Part shown: piece by piece, positions 1 through 9,623 of the stretch
How the letters are laid out: each line of letters opens with the position of its first letter
Numbering within the stretch: position 1 is the stretch's first letter
Assembly: GCA_038215615.1 (NCBI GenBank)
Contig: JBBQQR010000014.1
Span: 1 to 53,198, forward strand
Length of the DNA: 53,198 bases
From: Vulcanimicrobiales bacterium
GTDB lineage: Bacteria > Vulcanimicrobiota > Vulcanimicrobiia > Vulcanimicrobiales > Vulcanimicrobiaceae
Reading direction: 5' to 3'
The notes under the pieces: model-generated
Seen by the model: only the letters and a program-made list of their open reading frames with translations
Told to the model about the DNA's origin: nothing
Databases searched by the model: none
Translations under genes and position numbers: made by a program

Positions 1-523
1 CGTCTAGCTGTCCGTACCGTCCAATGATCGCGAGCGTCACGCCCCGCACCCCGTCGATCCAAACGTAATCGAAACGCTTGAGCGTATCGAACCCCGAGCC
101 CATGCTGAGCTCTTGCCAATACGCCGGCATTCCATTTGTTAATTTCGTCTGCTCGCGTTTCTTAAAAAACAGGCTGTCGACTTTGTCGCGAACTTCATTC
201 TCGGAGACCATCTCGAAGCCGTCCAGACTCCCGTCGTGATTTTCCATCGTGATCGTGATGGTGAGCTGTTCGCGCTTGCCGGGATTGGCAACCCATGCGG
301 CCATGACCGACGGCTGATCGAACCGGGCGGGGTCGTGCGGCGCCAGCGGCACACGGTAGAACTCGGGCGGGGCGGTAAATGCCATCGCCGGATCGGCGTA
401 TTGGTATGGATTCGGCGTCGGTGAGGCAGCAGGCGTCGCTTGCGCGAACTGGGCGAACGTTTGCGCCGGCATTGCCAACGCACACGTTAAGCAAGACGCT
501 ACAAGAAAAGCGAAGCGGTTCAC
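1..523 (-). CDS. Secreted hypothetical protein (3' end outside the window)
   Basis: Absent from the ORF track; hand translation from GTG 523 (GTGA overlap with the esterase stop) gives MNRFAFLVASCLTCALAMPAQTFAQ..., a signal peptide plus Pro/Ala linker, open to the window edge. Confidence 0.75.
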   Translation of the reverse strand, partial: MNRFAFLVASCLTCALAMPAQTFAQFAQATPAASPTPNPYQYADPAMAFTAPPEFYRVPLAPHDPARFDQPSVMAAWVANPGKREQLTITITMENHDGSLDGFEMVSENEVRDKVDSLFFKKREQTKLTNGMPAYWQELSMGSGFDTLKRFDYVWIDGVRGVTLAIIGRYGQLD

Positions 524-1563
524 TGCGACTCCAAAACTCCGGCTAGCGCCGGCATCGAGATTTCGTAACGGTATCCCACGTTTCGATGATCGTCATCGAA
601 CTCTTCGTGACGCACCTCAAGACCGAGCTCGCGCATTCGCGACGCCATAACGCGCGCGCCTACATCAAGCCCGTACTCGTCCTTGCGGCCGCAATCGATG
701 TAACGCAAGCGCAGCCTCGCCAGTTCCGCTTTCTTCTGTAGGCACATCCGGGCCGGGTCGAATTGCAGCCAGCGATCGAAAACCTCGCGATTGCACTCCC
801 CGGTCTCGCGCTCCATGGGCAGGTCGAGATCAAACGCTTTCGAACTGCGCGGCGAGTAGGCGGCCGCGTACCCCAGCATCTCGATCGTCGAGTACGAGGC
901 GGGCTGCCGCTTGTTTAGCCCTTCGAAATGACCCACGAACGCCTCGATATTCCAGTGATGCTTTTCCAGTGTCCGGTGCACATCCGGAAATGCCTTGGGA
1001 TGCGCGTATTCGAAGTACGAGTCGCCGCTGTGCGAGGCAAAAGCCGCGAACGTTCCGGGATACTGCATCGAAAGGTAGAGCGCGCCAAAACCGCCCGACG
1101 ACTTTCCGAAGACTGCCCGGCCGCCCTCGGCCGCGATCGTTCGATAGGTTGCGTCGACGTGTCCGATGACGTCGCGGACCGTGTAGGTCGCGTAGTCACC
1201 GTTGTGGATCGAGTCAACGTACTGCGATCCGCCAAGCCGGGTAAACCCGTCGACGATTACGAGAATCGCGGGCGGCATCCGTTTGGCAACAACGAGGCGA
1301 TCGATCCATTGAATGACGTTTGTTTCCCAAGGGCGCGCGCTCACGAGCGCCGCCGCGTCACCGGTATATCCGTGCAGGCAATACAACACCGGGTAACGCC
1401 GCGAGCCTTGCGCATCGTATCTGGGCGGCAAGTACGCAACGACGGGACGCTCGCAAGGGTCGCCAAGCGGATTGCCCTGAAGCGCCGGACTCTCGATGAA
1501 ATCGATGCGGACGTCACCCTTGAGGCCCAGTAAGCGCGCGAGCGGCGATTGTGTTTCGCTCAT
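520..1563 (-). CDS. Putative esterase (alpha/beta hydrolase, Fes/IroE-like family)
   Basis: YLPPxY, YPVLYxLHG and nucleophile elbow GKSSGG; start ATG 1563 chosen, 1596 is an alternative. Confidence 0.85.
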   Translation of the reverse strand: MSETQSPLARLLGLKGDVRIDFIESPALQGNPLGDPCERPVVAYLPPRYDAQGSRRYPVLYCLHGYTGDAAALVSARPWETNVIQWIDRLVVAKRMPPAILVIVDGFTRLGGSQYVDSIHNGDYATYTVRDVIGHVDATYRTIAAEGGRAVFGKSSGGFGALYLSMQYPGTFAAFASHSGDSYFEYAHPKAFPDVHRTLEKHHWNIEAFVGHFEGLNKRQPASYSTIEMLGYAAAYSPRSSKAFDLDLPMERETGECNREVFDRWLQFDPARMCLQKKAELARLRLRYIDCGRKDEYGLDVGARVMASRMRELGLEVRHEEFDDDHRNVGYRYEISMPALAGVLESQ

Positions 1564-1614
1564 GCGCGCGATTTCGCCGCCAGGTCCGTCACTCACTACA
1601 ACGAAGGTCGGCGC

Positions 1615-4600
1615 ATGATACGCGGCATCGGTTTGCGCAGCGCAATCGCTATCAACGTGATCACGATGGTCGGAATCGGCCCGCTCATCACGATTCCGCT
1701 CGTGCTCGCGCAGCTAGCTGGCCCGCTGGCGTTGATCGGTTGGATGGCCGGGGCGATCGTGGCGCTCTGCGACGGATTGGTTTGGGCGGAACTTTCCTCG
1801 CGCTACCCGGGAAGCGGCGGCACCTACGTCTACCTCCGAGAGGTTTTCGGGCGCGACCGCTGGGGACGACTGCTCGCCTTTCTTTTCAATTGGCAGTTCT
1901 TGCTTTATGCGCCGTGTTTGCTCGCAACCGGTTATATCGGCTTCGCAAGCTATTTCGGTTACCTCGATCCCGCGGCTACCTCACGGCCTTTTCAGATCGC
2001 AACGGCTGCTGTTGTCGGCGTTCTTACGGTCGTCTTCCTGTACCGTCGCATAACGGCGGTCGCCAAGATCGGATCTGTGCTTGCAGTCGTCGCGATTCTG
2101 ACGCTCGTGGCCGTCACCGCGGCGGCCTTTACGCACGCCGACCTCCATCGCGCCTTTACGCTCCCGCCGCATGCAACATTCGGAATCGGGTTCTTGGCGG
2201 GGCTGGGAGGGGCACTCTACATCACGCTGTATGATTACGTCGGCTACAGCGATGCGGCACTGCTCGGCGACGAAGTTCGTCAGCCGCAGCGGACTATTCC
2301 GTTGGCTATTGTCGGGTCGATTGCGATCGTGGCCGTACTCTACGTTTCGCTGCAAGTCGCCGTACTCGCGCACGGCGTCCCGGCGGGCAATCCGCAGTTC
2401 ATCGCGTCGACGATTGTCGAGCAATCTTGGGGAGCGACCACGGCCAAGATCGTTACCGTCCTCATCCTTTTGACGGCCTTTGCGTCGGTGTACGGAAATC
2501 TCGTCGGCTTCGCGCGCATTCCTTACGCTGCCGCGCGGGACGGAGAGTTCTTTAAACCGTTCGCACACTTGAACGAACGCGGACAATTCCCCGACGTCGC
2601 GCTGCTGGTCATCGGCGCAGCCGCGCTCGTGGCATGCCTGCTTCCCCTCGAACAGGTGCTGGCTGTGCTGACCGCCGGCATTGTCCTCATCCAAGGTGTT
2701 TCGCAAGTCGTCGCGGTGTTCGTCGCGCGGACGCACGGCGCTGCCCCCTTCAGGATGTGGCTCTTTCCTATTCCCGCTATCGTCGCGCTGGTCGGCTGGT
2801 TGTATGCATTTGCCTACACCGGCGCATTTGCAATAATCGTCGGCATCGGATGGCTTCTGGCAGGTGCCTGCGCCTATATCATCACCGCACGGGTTCAGCG
2901 CCGCTGGCCGTTCGCGGCCGCCATTCTTTTGGCATTCGTTTCTCTGCAGTCGGCGCCGGCGCGCGCTTACGCGTGGCCCGGAAGCGCCGTCGTTCAGCGT
3001 GACGGTTACCCGGTCTACACTATTGGCGGCAAGCCATTTTTCATCTATGGAGCGGCCTTCTTTTACGAGCGCGTTCCGCGCGCACAGTGGGAAGCTTCAC
3101 TTGCGCGTTACCGCGCACTTGGCATCAATACGATCGATCTGTACGTCATGTGGAACTGGCACGAAGTCCGCGACGGAGCGTTCGACTTTACGGGACGATC
3201 GAATGCGCGGCGCGATTTGACCGGTCTCCTCCGTTTGATCGACCGGATGGGGTTCAAGATCATCCTGCGCCCGGGTCCGGTGATTCGCAATGAGTGGCGC
3301 AACGGCGGCTATCCCGCTTGGCTGCTAAAACGCACCGAGTACGATATGCCGCTGCGCGATGTCTTGGAAGGGCGTTATCCCGCAACTGCAACGCTTCAAA
3401 ATCAACACTCCGACGATGCGGCAGCGCAATGGATGCACAATGCGACGCATATGCGGTATGCCGCCCGCTGGCTGAGGCGCGTCCTGCAAGCCGCCGCACC
3501 GTGGCGGCGAGACATCATCGCAATCGCGCTCGACGACGATCAGGGTGCGTATCTCGACAACCAGACATGGCCCGCGCCCCACTTTGCACAGTATCTCACC
3601 TTCCTAGGATCGGCCGTGCGCAGCAGCGTCGGCCTGCGCGTCCCTCTTTTCATCAACACCTACGAGATGAAAGTCACCGCATCGGCGCCGGTCTGGGCGT
3701 GGGGAAATTGGTATCAAAGCGACGCCTACAGCATCGGCGAACACGATCGCGCGCAGTTGGAATTTGCGACCGGTCTGATCGCGACGCAGCCGCACCTTCC
3801 GGTGATGATCAGCGAGTTCCAAGCCGGCTGGCTGCAGGGTGCCGACGAAGCGCGGCCGCGCCCCGCGGATCCGTCCAACACAACGCTTGCATTGAACACG
3901 ATGCTGCAGCAGGGCATGCACGGGGTCGTCAACTTTCCGGTGCAGGACACGATGAATCCGTCGGGCTGGGAAGCACCGTGGGCCAACGAGTTTTACTCCT
4001 GGGACGCCGCTCTATCGGTCCAGTTGACGCAACAGGGCCGCTGGCCGCCGACGCAGCGCTTCGGGAACCGGATTCACGCGCTGGGGCCGCTGCTCGCGCA
4101 AATGCACGTCAAAGCAGATGCCGCTATCGCCTACACAGCGAGCGCTTACAATCCGGCCAGTCTCACCAAGGATGATTTTTTCGCGATCGCGCAGGCCACG
4201 ATGGACGCGCAACGGAGTTGCCGAGCCGAGCGCGTCACATGCACGCTGATCGATCTGCGCTTTATTCTTCAGGCTGACCTCAAGCGCTACCCGGTGATCG
4301 AGATTCCGCCGGCTCCGCGAAATCTGGCTTTTATTTCTGCCGTTACAGACAAACTTGCCGCCTATCGCGCGGGCGGCGGCCAAATCGTCGCGGAACTCGC
4401 GAGCGCTATGATCCCGCACGCCGCTGCGGGGCGAATTCCCAATGCGGTGCTGCTAGTCAATCCGCCAGAGCGCTTCGCGATCCTGAGTGTCGTGAATTAT
4501 TCCACCGCCCCACAGCGCGTCGGCGGCGGCCTTCTCTGGGCGAACCGGCTGCGCGCGGCCGCGCCTGTGATCGTTGTACCCGCGCGCGACGCTGTGCTCG

Positions 4601-5475
4601 TTCCGATCAATGTTCCGAAGGCTCAGTTGCACAATGCGACGCAGTCGCCCGCAAACGTGCTGCGGCCGATATCCGGCGAACGCGTGCCGCTGCGCCGCGG
4701 CAGTTGGCTAACCGCCAATGGGCGCGATGTTTTTCAAGATGGGTATCCGACCGCGATCCTGGAGAACGCCTGGCTGCGGCTGATCGTGTCGCCGTGCGCG
4801 GGCGCCCGCGTGTTTGTCTTGGAAGACAAACGGTCGAAAGAGAATCTCTTTACGACGGCCGGAGGTTTTCGCGATGCGTGGTTCCCGCAGCTGCCTCCGT
4901 CAGGGCGCGACTATATCGGCCGGTACACGCATCCAATTGCCGCCGGCACGTTCAACCGCTGCTACGCACGACACGACGCTTCCAGCCTGCAAACGCGTTT
5001 CACCTATTTTGCGCCCGACGCCCCAACGCGCGGAGCGCTCTTCGAAAAGACTGTGTCGGTCGCACGGTTTGCACCGGTGATCGTCGTGAGATACCATGTC
5101 CGTTTCAATGCAGTAGCGGGCGAGCAGCCGCAGCAACTTACATCGTTCGCGGCGACCCCTGCCACGAAACTCGAGTCGCTCGAAAATGCCTATGGTCTCT
5201 ACGAACCCGAGAAAAACCGGGTCGTCATGGTCGCGTGGCCGGCTGCGGATGTGAAAGCCCACACGCTGGCTCAGCATCCGTCTGATGCGCTGCTCGTCCT
5301 GACGTTCTCGAGCGGCGGCACAAACGATCTGCGCATTGGAGTTAGGCGAGCGTTATCGCAGATTCAAGCGCAGGCAGCACTTGCGGAGTTCGCGAAATTG
5401 TCGAGCCTGCCGACACGGGGAAGTGGCGGAACGGTAGACGCAGCCGCCTCAAAAGCGGCCGGGCAACCCCCGTGA
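1615..5475 (+). CDS. Fusion: APC-family amino acid permease plus GH35 (beta-galactosidase/exo-beta-glucosaminidase-like) domain and accessory C-terminal domains
   Basis: About 440 aa multi-TM APC region (MVGIGP, AELSSRYPGSGGTYVYL) continues in frame into GH35 motifs (FYERVP, GINTIDLYVMWNWHE, ILRPGPVIRNEWRNGGYPAWL, SEFQAGW). Confidence 0.85.
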   Translation: MIRGIGLRSAIAINVITMVGIGPLITIPLVLAQLAGPLALIGWMAGAIVALCDGLVWAELSSRYPGSGGTYVYLREVFGRDRWGRLLAFLFNWQFLLYAPCLLATGYIGFASYFGYLDPAATSRPFQIATAAVVGVLTVVFLYRRITAVAKIGSVLAVVAILTLVAVTAAAFTHADLHRAFTLPPHATFGIGFLAGLGGALYITLYDYVGYSDAALLGDEVRQPQRTIPLAIVGSIAIVAVLYVSLQVAVLAHGVPAGNPQFIASTIVEQSWGATTAKIVTVLILLTAFASVYGNLVGFARIPYAAARDGEFFKPFAHLNERGQFPDVALLVIGAAALVACLLPLEQVLAVLTAGIVLIQGVSQVVAVFVARTHGAAPFRMWLFPIPAIVALVGWLYAFAYTGAFAIIVGIGWLLAGACAYIITARVQRRWPFAAAILLAFVSLQSAPARAYAWPGSAVVQRDGYPVYTIGGKPFFIYGAAFFYERVPRAQWEASLARYRALGINTIDLYVMWNWHEVRDGAFDFTGRSNARRDLTGLLRLIDRMGFKIILRPGPVIRNEWRNGGYPAWLLKRTEYDMPLRDVLEGRYPATATLQNQHSDDAAAQWMHNATHMRYAARWLRRVLQAAAPWRRDIIAIALDDDQGAYLDNQTWPAPHFAQYLTFLGSAVRSSVGLRVPLFINTYEMKVTASAPVWAWGNWYQSDAYSIGEHDRAQLEFATGLIATQPHLPVMISEFQAGWLQGADEARPRPADPSNTTLALNTMLQQGMHGVVNFPVQDTMNPSGWEAPWANEFYSWDAALSVQLTQQGRWPPTQRFGNRIHALGPLLAQMHVKADAAIAYTASAYNPASLTKDDFFAIAQATMDAQRSCRAERVTCTLIDLRFILQADLKRYPVIEIPPAPRNLAFISAVTDKLAAYRAGGGQIVAELASAMIPHAAAGRIPNAVLLVNPPERFAILSVVNYSTAPQRVGGGLLWANRLRAAAPVIVVPARDAVLVPINVPKAQLHNATQSPANVLRPISGERVPLRRGSWLTANGRDVFQDGYPTAILENAWLRLIVSPCAGARVFVLEDKRSKENLFTTAGGFRDAWFPQLPPSGRDYIGRYTHPIAAGTFNRCYARHDASSLQTRFTYFAPDAPTRGALFEKTVSVARFAPVIVVRYHVRFNAVAGEQPQQLTSFAATPATKLESLENAYGLYEPEKNRVVMVAWPAADVKAHTLAQHPSDALLVLTFSSGGTNDLRIGVRRALSQIQAQAALAEFAKLSSLPTRGSGGTVDAAASKAAGQPP

Positions 5476-5501
5476 GGGTTCGAGTCCCTCCTTCCCTACC
5501 A
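5417..5501 (+). tRNA. tRNA-Leu(CAA)
   Basis: Acceptor GGGGAAG/CTTCCCT, anticodon arm GCCGC-CTCAAAA-GCGGC, long variable arm, GTTCGAGTC T-loop, encoded CCA. Confidence 0.95.
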
Positions 5502-5519
5502 CTCAAGGATCGGAGATGT

Positions 5520-5930
5520 ATGCGCACTTTTTTGATAGCCGGCGCTTTTGTCGTCGCCTTATCGTTCGTCCCCCGGCCTGCCATGGCCGCCATGTGTGGC
5601 CCATCGGCTGACGTGGTCACGATCGCCAATAGGACCGTTTATAATTACAACGCGAAGCTGAGGAAGGGCGCGACAAAGATCGACAAGACCTACATTATGT
5701 CGATCGCGATTCTCGGCACATACGCGGAGGTAAACTTAGACTTTCCGCAAGGGCCGATATTCCAGTATTGGATCAAAAAAAGCGGCAACTGGGCGATGGC
5801 GGGATATCCGGCGCCAAAAGGCTGGCCCGCTTCCATGGCTACGAAGCTCGATAAGATGAGCGGCTTGACGTCTGCAGGCGGCAAACAGTGCGTTAATCCG
5901 AGCTGGAAGAACCGGTCAAGCTCCGGTTGA
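5520..5930 (+). CDS. Small secreted hypothetical protein
   Basis: GGAG RBS before ATG 5520; signal peptide ending AMA; Lys-rich with two Cys; stop overlaps the aroA start. Confidence 0.7.
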   Translation: MRTFLIAGAFVVALSFVPRPAMAAMCGPSADVVTIANRTVYNYNAKLRKGATKIDKTYIMSIAILGTYAEVNLDFPQGPIFQYWIKKSGNWAMAGYPAPKGWPASMATKLDKMSGLTSAGGKQCVNPSWKNRSSSG

Positions 5931-7204
5931 TTGACCGGATGATTTTCGCGCCGGGAGCACTGGGCGGCACCGTCCGCGTTCCCGGCGACAAATCCATCTC
6001 ACACCGCGCTCTGATGCTCGCCGCATCCAGCGCGCAACCCGTTTCGATAACCAATCTCAATCCCGGGCACGACGTCGCGGCGACTTGCAACGCGCTGCGC
6101 GCGCTAGGCGCAACGATTCACCGCGACGGCAACGACGCGACCGTTACCGGTGGAGAACTTCACGATGCCGGAGAGAGCGTCGACTGCATGAACTCCGGAT
6201 CGACCGCCCGCATGATCTCCGGACTCTGCGCGGGCGCGAATCTGCGCGCCCGGCTCGACGGCGATGCATCGCTGCGGCGGCGGCCAATGGAACCGGTCGC
6301 CGCGCAGTTACGCGCATTCGGCGCGCGCATCGAGACGACAGATGGACGGCTCCCCGCGCAGATTGCCGGAACATCGGAGCCGCAGACGCGCAGCTTCATT
6401 CTTCTCTCTCCATCGGCCCAAGTAAAGACCGCGCTTCTTCTGGCCGGTGTATTTGGCCGCAAATCGATCGCTATCACGGGCGACCATGGTTCGCGCGATC
6501 ATACTGAGCGGCTCTTGCGCTACTGGGGCGCCGCGCTGGCGTGGGATCGCGAGCGCGTGCTCCTGGAATCGCCGCCTAATTCTTTCCAACCCGTCCGAGT
6601 TGCCGGAGATTTTTCGGCCGCCGCGTTTTTTATCGTTGCGGCCACGGTTACACCTGGAAGCGCGTTACGAATCGAAAGCGTCGGCGTGAACCCGACGCGC
6701 ACGGGTTTGCTCGATGCCTTGGCAGAGATGGGAGCGAACATTCGTCTCGAAAACCAACGCGAAGTATCCGGCGAGCCCGTCGCCGACATTATCGTCGATC
6801 ATGCGACGCTGCGCGGCGTGGCGGTCGGACAGCAGACCGTCGTACGCGCAATCGACGAGATTCCGGTACTGGCCGTCGCCGCCGCATTCGCACACGGCGA
6901 AACACGGATAACCGGAGTTGGAGATTTGCGCAATAAGGAATCCGATCGCGTTGCGGCGATTGTGCGGTTGCTGGAAGCCTCGGGCGTTGAAGCCGGTGCA
7001 TCCGATGACGGCATCACCATCCGTGGCGGCGTGCCGCGCGCGCAAGGAACCGCGATCGCGACTCACGGCGACCACCGGACGGCAATGGCGGCCGCGGCTC
7101 TCGCTTCAGGCGCGGGCGCGCTCGAGATCGACGATCCCGCCAGCATCGCGGTAAGTTTTCCGGAGTTTATCGAAACGTGGCGGGCGGCGCAAGCCGAAGT
7201 CTAG
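5927..7204 (+). CDS. aroA: 3-phosphoshikimate 1-carboxyvinyltransferase (EPSP synthase)
   Basis: PGDKSISHR, NSGST, RRPM, SAQVK, RDHTE, KESDR, DHR motifs. Confidence 0.97.
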   Translation: MIDRMIFAPGALGGTVRVPGDKSISHRALMLAASSAQPVSITNLNPGHDVAATCNALRALGATIHRDGNDATVTGGELHDAGESVDCMNSGSTARMISGLCAGANLRARLDGDASLRRRPMEPVAAQLRAFGARIETTDGRLPAQIAGTSEPQTRSFILLSPSAQVKTALLLAGVFGRKSIAITGDHGSRDHTERLLRYWGAALAWDRERVLLESPPNSFQPVRVAGDFSAAAFFIVAATVTPGSALRIESVGVNPTRTGLLDALAEMGANIRLENQREVSGEPVADIIVDHATLRGVAVGQQTVVRAIDEIPVLAVAAAFAHGETRITGVGDLRNKESDRVAAIVRLLEASGVEAGASDDGITIRGGVPRAQGTAIATHGDHRTAMAAAALASGAGALEIDDPASIAVSFPEFIETWRAAQAEV

Positions 7205-7536
7205 GACAACTCGCCAACGATTGCGCGCATCTGCGCGACGCGCTGCAGCCACGAGTTCCTGATTTCCGGCACGCCCGCTAATTCCGGCGTCTTACGAAAC
7301 GATTTGACCGCGGCGTCCGCGCGGCGACGAAGGTCTTCACTATCGCTTGTGATGCGCGATAAACGCGTCACCTGAATGTGCAGCGACTCAAGTCTCGCAA
7401 CGAAAGACGACTCGCGCAGCGCCGCAAGCCGGCGTTGCAGGCGCGCGATGCCCATGAGCGCCATCACCACTCCGGCGATGGCGGCCACCAGACCGGCCGC
7501 CGCCAAAACGACGAGCGCCCAAAACCAAAGGCTCAT
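7201..7536 (-). CDS. Membrane-anchored hypothetical protein
   Basis: N-terminal hydrophobic helix then helical region; 3 nt downstream of the FmdB-like gene. Confidence 0.65.
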   Translation of the reverse strand: MSLWFWALVVLAAAGLVAAIAGVVMALMGIARLQRRLAALRESSFVARLESLHIQVTRLSRITSDSEDLRRRADAAVKSFRKTPELAGVPEIRNSWLQRVAQMRAIVGELS

Positions 7537-7539
7537 CCG

Positions 7540-7833
7540 TTACGCCGCCGGATCTTTTGCGGGAGCGTCTTTCGCGGGCGTCTCTTTTGCGGGTTTCGCC
7601 CCGTCCTTCGACGGCGAATCTTTGGCCGGTGCGTCTTTGACCGGCGCCGGCGATTTTCCGCGCGAATCGTTGATGTAGAATCCGGAGCCTTTAAAAACGA
7701 TCGGCGCGGGGTTGAAGACGCGGCTCAGCGTGCCGCCGCATTCGGGGCACGGATCGGTGAAACTCTCGCCGAAGCCGTGCCGCACCTCGGTGACTTTCTG
7801 ACACTTCGAACACTTGTAGTCGTAGAGCGGCAT
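7540..7833 (-). CDS. FmdB-family zinc-ribbon protein
   Basis: MPLYDYKCxxC...CPECGG...FKGSGFY signature with low-complexity tail. Confidence 0.9.
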   Translation of the reverse strand: MPLYDYKCSKCQKVTEVRHGFGESFTDPCPECGGTLSRVFNPAPIVFKGSGFYINDSRGKSPAPVKDAPAKDSPSKDGAKPAKETPAKDAPAKDPAA

Positions 7834-7847
7834 GACCGGAGTATACC

Positions 7848-8315
7848 TCAAAAATCTGCGAGCAGTGCGTCTTTCGCAGCTTCGTACTCAGCCAGGTGTT
7901 TGAAATGGACGACGGCTTCTTCAAATTGCGCGGCCAGTTTTCGCGCGCTGCGAAACCGGTCGACCATCGCACCCAGGCGACCGCCGTACGACGGATATTC
8001 GAGTCTCGCGTGCAGGCGCGAACGCTTGCTCTGACCTTCCAGCCGGAAATCGAGCCGGCGCCGCGTCGAATATGCGCCGACGAGTGAAACGTGATGGTTT
8101 TGAATGAAGCGATCGACTTCGAAGAGCTGGTCCGGCTCGCCGGGAATGGCGGAACGCACGGAGATTTCGCTTCCCAATTGTAGGATCTCGCCCTGTTCGC
8201 GAATTTTCGCGGTCCGAAGAAAGGGCAGCCACAGCGGCCACTTCTCGACTGCGCACAGGAGCGAAAAAGCGCTCTCGGCGGGTTTTTGAACCTCGATGGA
8301 CGCACGAATTTCCAT
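7848..8315 (-). CDS. SRPBCC (polyketide cyclase/START-like) family protein
   Basis: IEV..P....F.......WP.W.P N-terminal pattern, 155 aa. Confidence 0.75.
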   Translation of the reverse strand: MEIRASIEVQKPAESAFSLLCAVEKWPLWLPFLRTAKIREQGEILQLGSEISVRSAIPGEPDQLFEVDRFIQNHHVSLVGAYSTRRRLDFRLEGQSKRSRLHARLEYPSYGGRLGAMVDRFRSARKLAAQFEEAVVHFKHLAEYEAAKDALLADF

Positions 8316-8374
8316 GTCTGGAAGTTTTCGGTCCCCCTATATATAGTGCCTCTAGCAACGGAGATCTACTAGGG

Positions 8375-9571
8375 CTAGCGGTCCGACGCGACCTCGCCCG
8401 AGCCGACCCCGCGCACGAAGTTGACCAGCGTTTCGACGCCGGCCGGCAACGCTCTCTCGTCGATGCGAAAGAGCGGACTATGACCCGAGTGCGTCGAGCC
8501 GGCACTTTCGCTGCGAATACCGAGTCGAACTTGAACGCCCGGAATCCGCTGCGCGTAGTACGCGAAATCCTCGGCGCCCATTGTCGGCGGCGGCCGATCT
8601 ACCGAGAGCCGCGAGTGCGCTTTCATGAACTGCGAAAATGCTTCGGCGAGCGCCGTGTCGTTCACGACGGGCGGATAGCCGTAAAATATCTCCACCGTAA
8701 CGCGTACGCCGTACGCGCTCGCAACGCCATCCAAAATGCGACGCAGCCGCGCCTCTAAACCGTTGCGGATTTCCGGATCGTGCGCGCGGAGCGTTCCGGT
8801 CATCTTCACTTCATCGGCGATCACGTTGCTGCGGTAACCGCCGGAAATCGTCCCCACGGTCACGACCACACTCTTTAATGGATCGGTTTCACGCGACGCG
8901 ATGTGCTGGAGCGCCGAAATCATTGCGGCCGCCGCCGGAATCGCGTCCGCGGCAGTATGCGGGTACGCGCCGTGACCGCCGCGGCCTTGTACGGTAATGA
9001 CCATCTCGTCCGCCGATGCATTGACGGGGCCTGGTGTAATGCCGATGTGTCCGGTTTCCAATCGATGATCGACGTGCAGCATCGCGATCGCTTCAACTTT
9101 TGGATCGTCCAGCGCGCCTTGCGCGATCATCGGTTCGGCACCGCCGAGCGAGGGCGTGCCTGCGCCCTCCTCCGCCGGCTGAAAAAGTAACACCGCGCTG
9201 CCCTGCAGCTCGGCCCGCATTCCGTGCAGAACGTGCGCCGCTCCGAGCAGCATCGCCGTGTGCGCGTCGTGTCCGCACGCGTGCATCTTTCCTTGCGATT
9301 CCGAACTGAAAGGTTCCCCGGAGCGCTCGGTTATCGGTAGGGCGTCCATATCCGCGCGCAACCCGGCCACATGTCCTGGACGCGCGCCGCGAACGATCGC
9401 AACCACGCCGGTGCGCGCGCAACGCCTATGTTCGATACCGATTGTATCGAGCTCGCTTTCGATCAGACTTTGCGTTCGCGTCTCTTCGAAGCCGAGTTCC
9501 GGGTGGCGGTGGATGTCGCGCCTCAGTTCGACGACGCGCGACAGGACCTCGTCTTGCAGGCTTACGGTCAT
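8375..9571 (-). CDS. M20D-family amidohydrolase
   Basis: HRHPELGFEE, RADMDALP, MHACGHDAH, FQPAEE, GGHGAYPH, MGAEDF. Confidence 0.95.
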   Translation of the reverse strand: MTVSLQDEVLSRVVELRRDIHRHPELGFEETRTQSLIESELDTIGIEHRRCARTGVVAIVRGARPGHVAGLRADMDALPITERSGEPFSSESQGKMHACGHDAHTAMLLGAAHVLHGMRAELQGSAVLLFQPAEEGAGTPSLGGAEPMIAQGALDDPKVEAIAMLHVDHRLETGHIGITPGPVNASADEMVITVQGRGGHGAYPHTAADAIPAAAAMISALQHIASRETDPLKSVVVTVGTISGGYRSNVIADEVKMTGTLRAHDPEIRNGLEARLRRILDGVASAYGVRVTVEIFYGYPPVVNDTALAEAFSQFMKAHSRLSVDRPPPTMGAEDFAYYAQRIPGVQVRLGIRSESAGSTHSGHSPLFRIDERALPAGVETLVNFVRGVGSGEVASDR

Positions 9572-9623
9572 GCGACGCTTTTCCGCGGCGGTGAACCCGG
9601 CCCTTCGAGCGAACTACCCGCCG

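Noticed and set aside
195..494. ORF starting MLNVCVGNAG, resembling an arsenate reductase/LMW phosphatase P-loop
   Set aside because: Lacks the following RS of CX5R(S); a better signal-peptide ORF (1..523) occupies another frame
9258..9623. N-terminal extension of ORF 9258..10349
   Set aside because: Antisense overlap with the M20 amidohydrolase; ATG 9624 is more plausible
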